Below are positions 47,290 to 57,775 of a stretch of 64,000 nucleotides of DNA, piece after piece; the stretch's first letter is position 1; each line of letters begins with the position of its first letter. A model generated the notes under the pieces. The model was not told where the DNA came from, did no database searches, and saw only the letters and a program-made list of their open reading frames with translations. A program made the position numbers and the translations under genes. The DNA is from Pyrinomonadaceae bacterium (GTDB lineage Bacteria > Acidobacteriota > Blastocatellia > Pyrinomonadales > Pyrinomonadaceae), in the NCBI GenBank assembly GCA_036387135.1, contig DASVUH010000007.1:2105-66104 (forward strand). Direction: 5' to 3'.

Positions 47290-47613
47290 TTATCCTCTAA
47301 TTTTAGCGAACCACCAGCGCAGACCTACGAAAAGGAAGCGCCAGTCTTTGAAAAATTCCGGCGGTTTGCCTTCAAAGGCGTGACCGATGAATTGGAAAAT
47401 CCAGCCGATGACGAAAAGCGCGGTCGGGACAATCCAAAATCCGCGAATGAAAAGCGCGGGTAAAAATAGCGGCAATGACAAAGCAATCATCGGAATCCCG
47501 ATTTTATGCGTGATTTGATTAACCGGATGTTGATGACTTTTTGAATATTCCGAAATCCATTCGTCCCAAGATTTTCCGCCGAGCATTGTTTCGAGTTCTC
47601 CTTTTTGCAGCAA
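47290..47613 (-). CDS. DUF962 (Mpo1-like) family membrane protein
   Basis: SHQHPVNQITHKIGIPMI conserved His cluster and two TM helices. 107 aa. Confidence 0.65.
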   Translation of the reverse strand: MLQKGELETMLGGKSWDEWISEYSKSHQHPVNQITHKIGIPMIALSLPLFLPALFIRGFWIVPTALFVIGWIFQFIGHAFEGKPPEFFKDWRFLFVGLRWWFAKIRG

Positions 47614-47678
47614 AATTTACCGCATTTTAAACGAAAATACGAGTCGAAATGGAGGATGTTAAATTTAACTTGCCGATT

Positions 47679-47918
47679 TCAGCTTTGTTTTTTGATTTCG
47701 CTCAACAATTCTTCGTCCGACAGCTTGCTTTCCCAATCACCCGCAAGCTTTAAGCGGACGGTTTGCGCGCCGCCGCTCGGCGTGCAAACGACTTCAACCA
47801 AACCGGGCGCGCCTTCGACGCGCGCCGCTTCGCGCTTTTCGGCGTTATTCGACAAACCGGCGTAAGCCTGTATGCACGACCAGGTTGTTCCTTCACCGTC
47901 TTGAATTTCTCTAGGCAT
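47679..47918 (-). CDS. Hypothetical small protein (79 aa)
   Basis: ORF only. Divergent from the DUF1206 gene across a 377-bp intergenic region. Confidence 0.3.
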   Translation of the reverse strand: MPREIQDGEGTTWSCIQAYAGLSNNAEKREAARVEGAPGLVEVVCTPSGGAQTVRLKLAGDWESKLSDEELLSEIKKQS

Positions 47919-48295
47919 AAATTAACGAAAATCCTCTTCTGTTTTATTTCTCGCCGGAGCGACAAAATCCGCATTTTTCCACTCGGCGATTAAAGTAAAA
48001 TTGGTGGACGGGCGCGAAATTGTGACGCTTTCAAAGAGCGAAGAAATATACAATGCAGTGATAAAATCGGATGTTTATCAACACAATTCAAAGCGTCACT
48101 AAATTTGAGACACGACCGATTATTTAGTTTATCTGAGTTCGCACACATTCCGCACACATTTTCTGAATTAACCGTCACTAAATTATTTGGGAAATCCGAC
48201 TTTTCTCAACAATTCCTGAAACGAGCTTGTGCTACCCTGATACATAACATTTTTTATAAAGGTCTTTCGCAATCTCCCCGCGAAAGAAGTAATTC

Positions 48296-49150
48296 ATGAA
48301 AAGTAAAAATTCATCTCTCGGACTCATAGAAGAACAGGGCAAGCGAATTGAAAAATCTGCCGGTCCGGGAATTACTCTGCTCGCTAGATTCGGGTATGCG
48401 GCAAAGGGAATTGTTTACATTATTATCGGTGTCCTCGCGGCATATGCGGCTTTTACAAGCGGTGGAAGAACAACTGATTCACGCGGCGCGCTGGAAGAAA
48501 TTATGATTCAGCCTTACGGTAAATATTTGTTAGGCGCCGTCGCGGTTGGATTAGCCGGTTATGCTCTCTGGCGTTTTGTTCAGGCTCTAAAGGATACCGA
48601 AGACAAAGGCTCCGGGATAAAGGGAATAGCAATTCGGATCGGGTATGCAATTATTGGAGTCATTTATCTCGGTTTAGCTTTTTCAGCCGTTCAAATCATT
48701 CTCGGTTCCGGCGGAAACAGCAGCAGTGAGGATTCATCGAAAGAATGGACGGCAACCTTGCTCGCCCAACCGTTCGGTCAATGGCTGGTCGGTTTGGCGG
48801 GTCTAGGATTTATCGCTGCGGCTTTATCGCATTTCTACAAGGCATTTACAGCTAAGTTCCGGGAAAAGCTGAAGATGACTGAAATGAGCCAAGGGGTGCA
48901 AACTTTTGCGATTCGCACCGGTCGTTTCGGTCTTGTCGCGCGAGGAGTGGTGTTTGGAATTATCGGAGCATTTTTGATTCAAGCCGCTCTTCATTCAAAT
49001 GCCGGAGAAGCGCGGGGTTTAAGCGGAGCCTTGAGCGCGCTGGGAGAACAAACATACGGACAAATTTTACTTGGCGTCGTAGCTCTCGGATTAGTCGCCT
49101 ACGGGTTTTATATGCTGGTGCTTTCGCGGTATCGGCGCATTATTTTATAG
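48296..49150 (+). CDS. DUF1206 domain membrane protein
   Basis: Repeated GYAAKG.VY..IG.LA modules (x3), characteristic of DUF1206. Confidence 0.7.
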   Translation: MKSKNSSLGLIEEQGKRIEKSAGPGITLLARFGYAAKGIVYIIIGVLAAYAAFTSGGRTTDSRGALEEIMIQPYGKYLLGAVAVGLAGYALWRFVQALKDTEDKGSGIKGIAIRIGYAIIGVIYLGLAFSAVQIILGSGGNSSSEDSSKEWTATLLAQPFGQWLVGLAGLGFIAAALSHFYKAFTAKFREKLKMTEMSQGVQTFAIRTGRFGLVARGVVFGIIGAFLIQAALHSNAGEARGLSGALSALGEQTYGQILLGVVALGLVAYGFYMLVLSRYRRIIL

Positions 49151-49230
49151 CGAATAAAACAAAGCGGTTTTAGTCATTGCAGGACGATAATGTTTTATTT
49201 TTAAATAACTTTCGTTTCGGCTAAAAAAGG

Positions 49231-49956
49231 ATGTCATCGAATCTATCAAAGAGAGCGCGTACAGAAGCCCGCCTTAAAAACCTTTTTATTTGGCTTCAAA
49301 CTTTAGTCGGCTCAATTTTGTTTTTCGGTTTGATGATCGCTGTTGGAGCGCTATTCTTCTTTGCGTGGCTGGCGGACGAGGTTCTTGAGGGCGGAACTCA
49401 AGCTATGGACGAAACGGTGCGTATTTTCGTTCACGGATTTGCCAGCCAACCGCTTACGCTCCTAATGAATTTTATGACAGTGCTTGGTTCAACTTTGTTC
49501 CTAAGCACTGTTTTTGTTTGTGTTTTTATAATATTCATTCGCAAAAACAGCAAGCGCCCAGCCATTTTAATAACAATGACAATGGCGGGAGCCGTGATTC
49601 TTAATTTTGTATTAAAGGTAAGTTTCGCTCGCGCCCGACCAGCCCCGTTTTTTGATACGCCGCTGCCGAGTTCTTACAGCTTTCCAAGCGGACACGCGCT
49701 TTTTGCACTGTGTTTTTACGGAGCTTTAGCCTGGATTTTTGCCTCAATGATACGCAAACACTGGTTGAAATCTTTAATTTGGGTTGCTGCTGTTTTTCTT
49801 GTTCTGTTGATTGGTATGTCGCGCATTTATTTAGGCGTTCATTATCCGAGCGATGTGATAGCAGGATACGCAGCTTCAATTGTTTGGGTTATAACTATTA
49901 TATCGGCAGATTACGTACTCAAAAATAAGAATGATTTTCTCAGGAAAATGTCTTAA
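49231..49956 (+). CDS. PAP2 family phosphatase (phosphatidic acid phosphatase type 2 / undecaprenyl-PP phosphatase-like)
   Basis: All three PAP2 motifs: KVSFARARP, SFPSGHA and SRIYLGVHYPSDV. Confidence 0.85.
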   Translation: MSSNLSKRARTEARLKNLFIWLQTLVGSILFFGLMIAVGALFFFAWLADEVLEGGTQAMDETVRIFVHGFASQPLTLLMNFMTVLGSTLFLSTVFVCVFIIFIRKNSKRPAILITMTMAGAVILNFVLKVSFARARPAPFFDTPLPSSYSFPSGHALFALCFYGALAWIFASMIRKHWLKSLIWVAAVFLVLLIGMSRIYLGVHYPSDVIAGYAASIVWVITIISADYVLKNKNDFLRKMS

Positions 49957-49982
49957 TTTTTTTTAGTAGGAGCAACTACATC

Positions 49983-51389
49983 TTGTCTAAATTAACTAAA
50001 CACAAATTGCGCCGTTTTCAAGCTCAAATACTTTTCACTTTCTTAATAATTTGTTTATTAGGCGTCGTTTCATCCGCTCAATCACAGGCAAAAACGATTG
50101 ATTCGAGAACGGAAACACTCTCAATTCCCTTGCGTGAACAAGCTAAAATTCAACAGGAATGGCTGAAACTGCGCCTTGAACGTGTTTTGCCGCAGCTTAT
50201 GCGGAAACACAAAGTCAAGATGTGGCTTATAATCTGCCGCGAATATAACGAAGACCCGGTTTTTTTCTCGCTGGTTTCGCCCACTACTTTTGCCGCGCGC
50301 CGACGGACAATTTACGTTTTTAATGATCGCGGTGAAAAAGAAGGCATTGAGCGTCTTGCTTTAGGCGGCGGTTCAAATGGTGGTCTTTACACTGTTTATC
50401 GCGATCCTGAAACTGAAAACCGCGAGCTTTATGGTGAAGGGCAATGGGCTTTGCTGAAAAAACTGGTAACCGAACGCAATCCAGAAAATATAGCCGTTAA
50501 TATTTCTTCAACTCATGCTTTTTCCGATGGGCTTTCAGCAGGAGAGCGAGAAAAATTGGAAGCAGTTTTAGGATTAGAATACACTCGCCGAATCATTCGC
50601 GCTGAAGAGCTTCCGCTTGAATACGTTGAAACGAGATTGCCCGAAATGATGCCGACTTATAAAAGCATGATGGAAGTCGTTCACTCTTTAATAAGTCGCG
50701 CTTTTTCCAGTGAAGTTATTAAACCGGGAACAACGACAAACGAAGACGTGACCTGGTGGCTGCGGCAACAACTCAGCAATAACAGGCTCGGCACTTGGTT
50801 TCAACCTTCGGTTCGCATACAACGTAAAGAAAAAGCCGGAGTTAATATTCTGGCTGAAAACACACCGACAGCTATCCAGCGCGGAGATGTCTTGCACGTT
50901 GATTTCGGAATGACATTGATGCGGCTTAATACGGACACACAGCATATGGGTTATGTTTTACGGGAAGGCGAAAAAGACGTTCCCGCAGGAATTAAACGCG
51001 CTTTGGCAAACTCCAACCGCTTGCAGGACATAGTAATGGAGCGGATGAAAGTCGGAAGAACAGGCAACGAAGTGTTGGCAGATTCGCTTGCGGCAATGAA
51101 AGCGGCAGGAATTAACGGCAGTGTATATACACATCCAATCGGTGACCACGGGCACGGCGCAGGTCCGCTCGTCGGATTGTGGGACAGACAACAAGGTGTT
51201 CCGGGTCGCGGTGATGTGAAATTGATTCCAAGCTCGTGGTTTGCGATTGAACTTGCGACAACAACGCCCGTGCCGGAATGGGACAATCAGGAATTATGGG
51301 TCGGACAAGAAGAAAATGCGGCGATAGATGAACAGGGGCGCATAAGCTGGATTCTAAAACGTCAAAATCAATATCACTTAATAAGATAG
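49983..51389 (+). CDS. M24 family metallopeptidase (Xaa-Pro aminopeptidase/creatinase-like), secreted
   Basis: Signal peptide. C-terminal pita-bread-like region with HPIGDHGHGAGP and acidic metal ligands. Assignment is moderate. Confidence 0.55.
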   Translation: MSKLTKHKLRRFQAQILFTFLIICLLGVVSSAQSQAKTIDSRTETLSIPLREQAKIQQEWLKLRLERVLPQLMRKHKVKMWLIICREYNEDPVFFSLVSPTTFAARRRTIYVFNDRGEKEGIERLALGGGSNGGLYTVYRDPETENRELYGEGQWALLKKLVTERNPENIAVNISSTHAFSDGLSAGEREKLEAVLGLEYTRRIIRAEELPLEYVETRLPEMMPTYKSMMEVVHSLISRAFSSEVIKPGTTTNEDVTWWLRQQLSNNRLGTWFQPSVRIQRKEKAGVNILAENTPTAIQRGDVLHVDFGMTLMRLNTDTQHMGYVLREGEKDVPAGIKRALANSNRLQDIVMERMKVGRTGNEVLADSLAAMKAAGINGSVYTHPIGDHGHGAGPLVGLWDRQQGVPGRGDVKLIPSSWFAIELATTTPVPEWDNQELWVGQEENAAIDEQGRISWILKRQNQYHLIR

Positions 51390-51433
51390 AAACAAAGGCG
51401 TAGAAAGCGATTCGATAACTCGCTTTCAAGAAG

Positions 51434-52057
51434 TTAATTTTTAGCGGGATTCTTTCGCAATACCCAAGTGGACATACAGCGGAGGTTTTGCACATTCGTT
51501 GTTTTCAAAGGCTCCTGCCAAATAGCGCCAATTTTATTTGTGGCTTTCGTTAGAAATTCTTCATCAATGAGAAACCGTTGCGAACCATCCGGCAATAAAA
51601 ATCTTCGATTTTGAATCTGTTGAATTCTATCTTCAATTCCAATGGAAGAAGCAAGACGCGCAAAAAATAAACCGTTGCTTTTCAGTACCCTCCACAGCTC
51701 TGTAAGCATTTCGTGAAAATGCTCTTCATTTCCGGCAAAGTGCAAAACTGCGCTGCTGATAACCACATCAAAATGCTCGACCGGAAACGGCATCTTTTCT
51801 ACCGGTGAAACCTGGAAATTATTCTTGGGTAAATTTGGAGCAAGGTTCTCTGCGAGACTTTGGACTTGTTCAATAGCCTGCCGATTTTGATCAACTCCGA
51901 AAACTTCATATCCCTGGCGCAAAAAATAAACAAGATTGCGACCGCCGCCGCATCCGGCGTCCAATATCTTCATATTGGGGCTGAATCTGCCTTTCAATAT
52001 TTGATCGAACAGATAAATATCTATATCGCCAAATAACTCTCGTACGGTTATCATCAT
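51434..52057 (-). CDS. Class I SAM-dependent methyltransferase
   Basis: ILDAGCGGGRNL SAM-binding motif. Confidence 0.75.
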   Translation of the reverse strand: MMITVRELFGDIDIYLFDQILKGRFSPNMKILDAGCGGGRNLVYFLRQGYEVFGVDQNRQAIEQVQSLAENLAPNLPKNNFQVSPVEKMPFPVEHFDVVISSAVLHFAGNEEHFHEMLTELWRVLKSNGLFFARLASSIGIEDRIQQIQNRRFLLPDGSQRFLIDEEFLTKATNKIGAIWQEPLKTTNVQNLRCMSTWVLRKNPAKN

Positions 52058-52107
52058 TCGAGCTTAGATTATTTTTAATTGGTAAGCTATATAAAAAGGA
52101 GTTTTAA

Positions 52108-52464
52108 ATGATAACCGTAGCAAATCGCATCTATGTAAAAGCGGAATACTCCGAAGCATTTGAGAAAGTGTTTCGCGAAAGAGCGAGGCTGGTTGATGAA
52201 ATGCCCGGATTCGTTTCCAATCAGGTTTTACGCCCCGTAAATGAAGGCGATCCTTATATTGTGTTTACTCTCTGGGATAGCCGAGAAGATTTTATGAATT
52301 GGGTGCGTTCAGATGCTTTCGTCAAAGGTCATGCTCAATCAGGCACTCTGCCAAAAGAGGCATATTTTAAACCCAACGTTTTAGAGATGCATGAAGTGGT
52401 ACAGGATTCTTCAAGAACGGAGCTAAAGCCGGAAACTAAAGGCGGACCATTTAAAATGCATTAA
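52108..52464 (+). CDS. Antibiotic biosynthesis monooxygenase (ABM) domain protein
   Basis: 118 aa with ferredoxin-like ABM pattern (FE..F......D.PGF......R.......Y.V.T.W.S.EDF..W). Confidence 0.7.
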   Translation: MITVANRIYVKAEYSEAFEKVFRERARLVDEMPGFVSNQVLRPVNEGDPYIVFTLWDSREDFMNWVRSDAFVKGHAQSGTLPKEAYFKPNVLEMHEVVQDSSRTELKPETKGGPFKMH

Positions 52465-52526
52465 TATCAGTTTCTTGAGGTTTCTTTATTTAGTTTTTAT
52501 GTTTATCCAATAGAGGAATAAGTAAT

Positions 52527-53009
52527 ATGAAGTTTTTATCCAAATTAACCTTACTGCTGATTGTTTTTGTCGGCGTTTCTTTAGCGCTGACAATAAACAG
52601 GGATGAGAAAGTTAATCCGCGTCTTCCTGACGATGCTGTAAATAATGAACAATCAAATCAAGCTAATTTAAAGAAACTAAAAAAAGAAATTGATCGTGAA
52701 ATCGGAAAACCGCGAGCAAAACGTTTGAATCAATGCCGGGTTATTGCATTCGGGGCAAAGGCTTGCGGCGGACCGAAGAGTTATTTGATTTATTCAACCT
52801 TACAAACCAATGAAAATAAATTAAAACGGTTGGTTAATCAGTACAATTCCATAGAAGAGAAAATCAACAAAGAAACTGATGCAATGTCTGACTGTATGTT
52901 TATTGAAGAGCCGAAAGTAAGTTTGGTTAATGGAATGTGCAAAACTAACAGAAGTTACGCAATTGGAATAAGCGAAACTTTGTTTAAATTCGCAAGAGTG
53001 ATAAATTGA
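52527..53009 (+). CDS. Hypothetical small secreted protein with 6 Cys, low GC (~37%)
   Basis: Signal peptide. AT-rich codon usage unlike most of the window. Confidence 0.45.
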   Translation: MKFLSKLTLLLIVFVGVSLALTINRDEKVNPRLPDDAVNNEQSNQANLKKLKKEIDREIGKPRAKRLNQCRVIAFGAKACGGPKSYLIYSTLQTNENKLKRLVNQYNSIEEKINKETDAMSDCMFIEEPKVSLVNGMCKTNRSYAIGISETLFKFARVIN

Positions 53010-53050
53010 ACGCGAATCGGTCAGAATCAATCTTCCTGGGAATTTCAATC

Positions 53051-55237
53051 ATGAAAACACTTCGCTTGGCAAATATTTTTCGATTTACCTTTTTTGCTCT
53101 GTTATGGATTGCATTTGCACAAGCCGCGGCTCAACCTTTGGCACAACCGCCGGCGCCGCAACCCTCTCCTGTCGAAGTTAAGATTGATGCAAAGATTTTC
53201 GATTCTTACATTGGACAATATGAAGACGCAGCTAATCTCGGAGGAACAGTTTTCTCATTTTTCCGTGAAGGCGAAAAGTTTTACCTGCAAGTCACGAATC
53301 AGGACAAACTTGAGATTTTCCCCACAGCCGAAAACAAGTTTTTCTTAAAAGTTGCTCCTGCTTCAGCGGAGTTTGTGCGCGATGCCGCAACGGGGCGCAT
53401 CACCAATATGATCTGGCGACAGGGCGGCAGGGATTTTACCACCAAGCGCATTGCCGACCAGCCCGCCAAAGATACGCGCATTCAATTTAAACGCACCGAA
53501 GCGATGATTTCGATGCGCGACGGTATTAAGCTTTTTACGGTTATTTTTACGCCAGAAAACCAAACCGAGTCGCTTCCTGTTTTAATCGAGCGCTCGCCTT
53601 ACGGCGTCAAAGGTTGGAATTCGAGCGGAGTGAACGGTTCGCGACCTGAACTCGTTAAAGACGGCTATGTTTTTGTCTTTCAGGATATTCGCGGGCGGTA
53701 TGAGTCCGAAGGCGAATTTGTGATGGTGCGCCCGCCCGTAAATCATCGCGACCCGAAAGCCATTGATGAAAGCACGGACACTTACGACACTATTGAGTAT
53801 TTGCTTAAAAACGTCGCCAACAATAACGGGCGAGTCGGCATTTACGGCGTTTCGTATGGCGGTTGGCTGTCGTCGGTCGCGCTCATTGATCCGCATCCGG
53901 CGCTCAAAACCTCTTCGCCGCAGGCTCCAATCGGCGATCTTTGGATGGGCGATGATTTATTTCATCACGGCGCTTTTCGTCAGACTTACGCCCACGATTG
54001 GGCTTATCTGCTCGAAACGGTCAAAGGCGAGGGCGAAGGCGCAGTCAAGCTCGATAAACTGGACGCTTTTGATTGGTATTTCGATTTAAAAACCGTTGGG
54101 GCGCTGGTCAACAAGCTCGGCAACAAATCCGCTACCTGGAATAATGCCGTCGCTCATCCGAACTGGGATTCTTATTGGCAGCAACGCGCAGTGCCGAATT
54201 ATTTAAAAGAAACGAGCATTCCGACGCTCATTGTCGGCGGCTGGTGGGATCAGGAAGATTTATACGGACCGCTTGTAACTTACAAAACTCTGGAAAAAAC
54301 CGACCGCGACAATCAGGTTTTTCTCGTGATGGGTCCCTGGAATCACGGCGGATGGGGCGGGCGTGGTCGCAGATTGGGCGCGATTGATTTCGGCAGCGAC
54401 ACTGGCAGATATTTTCGCAGCGAAATACAAGCCCCGTGGTTTGCTTATCATCTCAAAGGCAAAGGCGCTTTAAAGCTTGCTGAAGCTACAATTTTCCAGT
54501 CCGGTTCAAACAAATGGATGACTTACGATTCCTGGACGCCAAAGCAAAATCTGCAAAAACGCGAATTGTATTTGCAGACCGGCGGAAAGGTTTCGTTTCA
54601 GAAACCGGCAAACAAAGGCGAGGAGTTTGACACATACGTTTCAGACCCGGCAAATCCGATTCCGTATCGCAAACGACCGATTTTAGGGACTTACGCGCAA
54701 GGCTCATCCTGGTTTACGTGGCTATCCGACGACCAGCGTTTTCTCTCTGACCGCAAAGATGTTCTTTCGTGGCAATCGGACGTTTTGAGCGAAGATGTTA
54801 CGATTACGGGCGACATCTTTGCGCATCTTTTTGCTTCAACGACTGGTTCGGACAGCGATTGGGTAGTGAAATTGATTGACGTTTACCCGGCTGAATATCC
54901 TGCGGATGCGAAAATGGCAAATTATCAATTTATGGTCGCCAGCGAGATTTTTCGCGGTCGCTATCGCCGCAGTTTTGAAAAGGCGGAAGCGATTGAGCCT
55001 AACAAAGTCAGCGAATACACGGTTGATCTGCGCGGCAACAATTACACGTTCAAAAAAGGTCATCGAATCATGGTGCAAGTACAAAGCTCATGGTTTCCGC
55101 TTTATGACCGCAATCCGCAAAAGTTTGTTGAAAACATCTTTCTCGCCAAAGAAAGCGATTATCAAAGAGCAAGCCAGCGCGTTTATCATTCGTCAAAATA
55201 TCCTTCCCATATCAGCGTTTCTGTTGCTGCCCGGTGA
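53051..55237 (+). CDS. CocE/NonD family hydrolase (S15 Xaa-Pro dipeptidyl-peptidase-like), secreted
   Basis: Signal peptide. GVSYGGWLS nucleophile elbow. ~730 aa with a C-terminal beta-sandwich-like region. Start taken at ATG 53051. Confidence 0.8.
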   Translation: MKTLRLANIFRFTFFALLWIAFAQAAAQPLAQPPAPQPSPVEVKIDAKIFDSYIGQYEDAANLGGTVFSFFREGEKFYLQVTNQDKLEIFPTAENKFFLKVAPASAEFVRDAATGRITNMIWRQGGRDFTTKRIADQPAKDTRIQFKRTEAMISMRDGIKLFTVIFTPENQTESLPVLIERSPYGVKGWNSSGVNGSRPELVKDGYVFVFQDIRGRYESEGEFVMVRPPVNHRDPKAIDESTDTYDTIEYLLKNVANNNGRVGIYGVSYGGWLSSVALIDPHPALKTSSPQAPIGDLWMGDDLFHHGAFRQTYAHDWAYLLETVKGEGEGAVKLDKLDAFDWYFDLKTVGALVNKLGNKSATWNNAVAHPNWDSYWQQRAVPNYLKETSIPTLIVGGWWDQEDLYGPLVTYKTLEKTDRDNQVFLVMGPWNHGGWGGRGRRLGAIDFGSDTGRYFRSEIQAPWFAYHLKGKGALKLAEATIFQSGSNKWMTYDSWTPKQNLQKRELYLQTGGKVSFQKPANKGEEFDTYVSDPANPIPYRKRPILGTYAQGSSWFTWLSDDQRFLSDRKDVLSWQSDVLSEDVTITGDIFAHLFASTTGSDSDWVVKLIDVYPAEYPADAKMANYQFMVASEIFRGRYRRSFEKAEAIEPNKVSEYTVDLRGNNYTFKKGHRIMVQVQSSWFPLYDRNPQKFVENIFLAKESDYQRASQRVYHSSKYPSHISVSVAAR

Positions 55238-55277
55238 TAGAAGGAAATAATGTAAAAACAGTCTAAAAAAGACCTTT

Positions 55278-56660
55278 TTGGGAGGTGAAACTGTAGCTAC
55301 TGCCGATACTTCAAAACTCGCTAAACGCCTGGGACTTTTTGATTCCACCATGATCGTGATGGGCGGAATTATCGGTTCCGGGATTTTTATCAATCCTTAT
55401 GTTGTCGCTCAGCACGTTCAAACCCCATTCTTAATTTTAGGAGCGTGGCTGCTCGGTGGTTTGATCGCACTTTTAGGTGCATTTATCTACGCCGAGCTTG
55501 CAGACAGATGCGCTGATGTCGGAGGACAATACGCCTACTTGCGGGAGGCTTATCATCCGTCGGTAGCATTTATTTACGGATGGGCTTTATTGCTGGTTAC
55601 GCAAACCGGCGGAATGGCTGCGGTCGCCATTACTTTTTCCCGGTACTTTTTGGAAATCACTCACGCTCCTTTACCTGATTGGTTTATCGCAACGCTAACT
55701 CTCGGAGGATTGACGATCATCAACTGTCTAGGCGTTCGGGCAGGGAGCAGCGTTCAAAATGCCTTAATGGTTCTAAAGATTTTAGCCATTCTTGCACTTA
55801 TTGTATGCGGCTTTTTCTTTGTATCCGAACCGGCAAGCTCATTAGGAAACACGCCGGATCGCTCTCTCTCATTAAATTTATTTACTGCAATGGGAGCAGC
55901 TTTGATTCCTGTGATGTTCGCTTACGGCGGATGGCAAACAGCAAGTTTTGTGTCGGGTGAAATGCGCAACCCCCGCCGTGATTTGGCGCGCGGTCTTTTA
56001 ATCGGAGTTATCGGAGTTATCTTACTGTACACATTGGTTAATCTCGTTTGCCTTTATGCGCTCGGTCCCGAACGATTGGCAGCAACCACTACTCCCGCCT
56101 CAACAATTATGCGAATTGCCTTTGGCGAGCGCGGAGCGGCGTTGATTGCTTTAGGAATAGCCATTTCTACTCTGGGTTTTTTAAGTCAGGGAATGTTGAC
56201 AGCCCCGCGCGTTTATTTTGCGATGGCAAAAGATAAACTTTTCTTTCAAAGCGTCGCAAAACTCAACGAACGCACTCACGCTCCCGTTCTCGCAATTGCC
56301 TTGCAGGGAGCGCTGGCGATAATCATTGCGCTTTCGGGCAAATATGAACAAATCCTGAATTATGTTGTCTCAATTGATTTTATTTGGTTTGGATTAACGG
56401 CAGCTTCGCTTTTTGTCTTTCGCAGCCGCGCGACTCGCTTGAATAAACTCGAAACTCACGAAAACATTGAGAACACCGGAACAACATATAATCGCGTTCC
56501 CGGTCATCCATTTACAACCGCCTTGTTTACTGCCGCCTGCGCTTTGATTGTTTTCAGCACTTTTTATAATTATCCTTCAAACAGTGTGATCGGTTTGATT
56601 ATTGTTATTGCCGGAATACCTGTTTATTTCTTCTGGCGCAGGCGGAGTCAAGATAAATGA
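55278..56660 (+). CDS. APC family amino acid permease
   Basis: LFDSTMIVMGGIIGSGIF signature and 12 TM-like segments. TTG start is uncertain. Confidence 0.85.
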   Translation: MGGETVATADTSKLAKRLGLFDSTMIVMGGIIGSGIFINPYVVAQHVQTPFLILGAWLLGGLIALLGAFIYAELADRCADVGGQYAYLREAYHPSVAFIYGWALLLVTQTGGMAAVAITFSRYFLEITHAPLPDWFIATLTLGGLTIINCLGVRAGSSVQNALMVLKILAILALIVCGFFFVSEPASSLGNTPDRSLSLNLFTAMGAALIPVMFAYGGWQTASFVSGEMRNPRRDLARGLLIGVIGVILLYTLVNLVCLYALGPERLAATTTPASTIMRIAFGERGAALIALGIAISTLGFLSQGMLTAPRVYFAMAKDKLFFQSVAKLNERTHAPVLAIALQGALAIIIALSGKYEQILNYVVSIDFIWFGLTAASLFVFRSRATRLNKLETHENIENTGTTYNRVPGHPFTTALFTAACALIVFSTFYNYPSNSVIGLIIVIAGIPVYFFWRRRSQDK

Positions 56661-57775
56661 CAAGCAATTTCTCTCAAGTTCCGAGTTCAAATCGAGTAAT
56701 GAGTTCGGAGTATATGCAATGGGCTAAAACTAATTTACAAGCCCGCTATAATCTCGCCTCAAGCGGTCTGATGAATTTTCCGTTGTCGGAACTGCCGGCT
56801 ACATTAGAAGATTTGGAATTGAGCGGTTCGAGCTATTACGGTTATGAACCTCTCCAAAAGGCTCTGGCTGCTAAATGCGGCGTTCCTGTCGAATGCGTTG
56901 TTGCCGCAACCGGCACATCAATGGCGAATCATCTGGTGATGGCTGCGCTTCTCGAACCGGGAGATGAAGTGCTGATTGAACAGCCCACCTATGAGCTTCT
57001 GATAAGCACAGCCCGATATTTACGCGCTGATATTAAAAGGTTTATTCGTCCCGCCGAATCGGGGTTCGGCATTGAACCGGAAGAAGTCGCTCGTCAGGTT
57101 AGTTCGCGAACAAAGCTAATCGTTTTAACAAATCTGCATAATCCATCATGCGCGTTTACGTCCAATGAAACGCTCGGAAAGATTGGCGATATTGCGCGTG
57201 AAATCGGTGCTCGCGTCCTTGTTGATGAAGTTTATCTGGATGCTTTATTTGAAGAAACGCAGCCTGGTGCCTTTCACTTGGGTAAGGAATTCATTGTGAC
57301 CAGCAGCTTAACTAAAGTGTACGGGCTGAGCGGACTGCGTTGCGGATGGATATTGGCTGAGCCGGAGCTTGCCGGAAAACTTTGGCGTTTAAATGATCTT
57401 TTCGGCGTTATTCCCGCCCATCCTGCTGAAAGGCTCAGTTGCATTGCGCTTGCAAATCTCAATCGAATTGCAGATCGCGCGCGCAGTATTATCGAAACTA
57501 ACAGTAAAACGCTCAATTCATTTTATAAGTCCTGCGACCGTCTCGAATGGACGGAACATAAATTTGGCACGGTCTCTTTCCCGCGTTTGAAGCACGGAAG
57601 CGTTGATGCTTTAACCGCGCTTCTTCTGGAAAAATATGAAACATCAATCGTACCGGGAAGATTTTTTGAAATGCCTCAACACCTCAGAATTGGAATAGGG
57701 AATGACAATTCGACATTAATAGAAGGTTTGGAAAGATTGGAAATGGCGCTCAACCAACGAGAACAAAGCTTATAA
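56657..57775 (+). CDS. PLP-dependent aminotransferase (class I/II fold)
   Basis: SLTKVYGLSGLRCGW (PLP Lys). Fold-type I architecture. 4-nt overlap with the permease gene. Confidence 0.75.
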   Translation: MTSNFSQVPSSNRVMSSEYMQWAKTNLQARYNLASSGLMNFPLSELPATLEDLELSGSSYYGYEPLQKALAAKCGVPVECVVAATGTSMANHLVMAALLEPGDEVLIEQPTYELLISTARYLRADIKRFIRPAESGFGIEPEEVARQVSSRTKLIVLTNLHNPSCAFTSNETLGKIGDIAREIGARVLVDEVYLDALFEETQPGAFHLGKEFIVTSSLTKVYGLSGLRCGWILAEPELAGKLWRLNDLFGVIPAHPAERLSCIALANLNRIADRARSIIETNSKTLNSFYKSCDRLEWTEHKFGTVSFPRLKHGSVDALTALLLEKYETSIVPGRFFEMPQHLRIGIGNDNSTLIEGLERLEMALNQREQSL

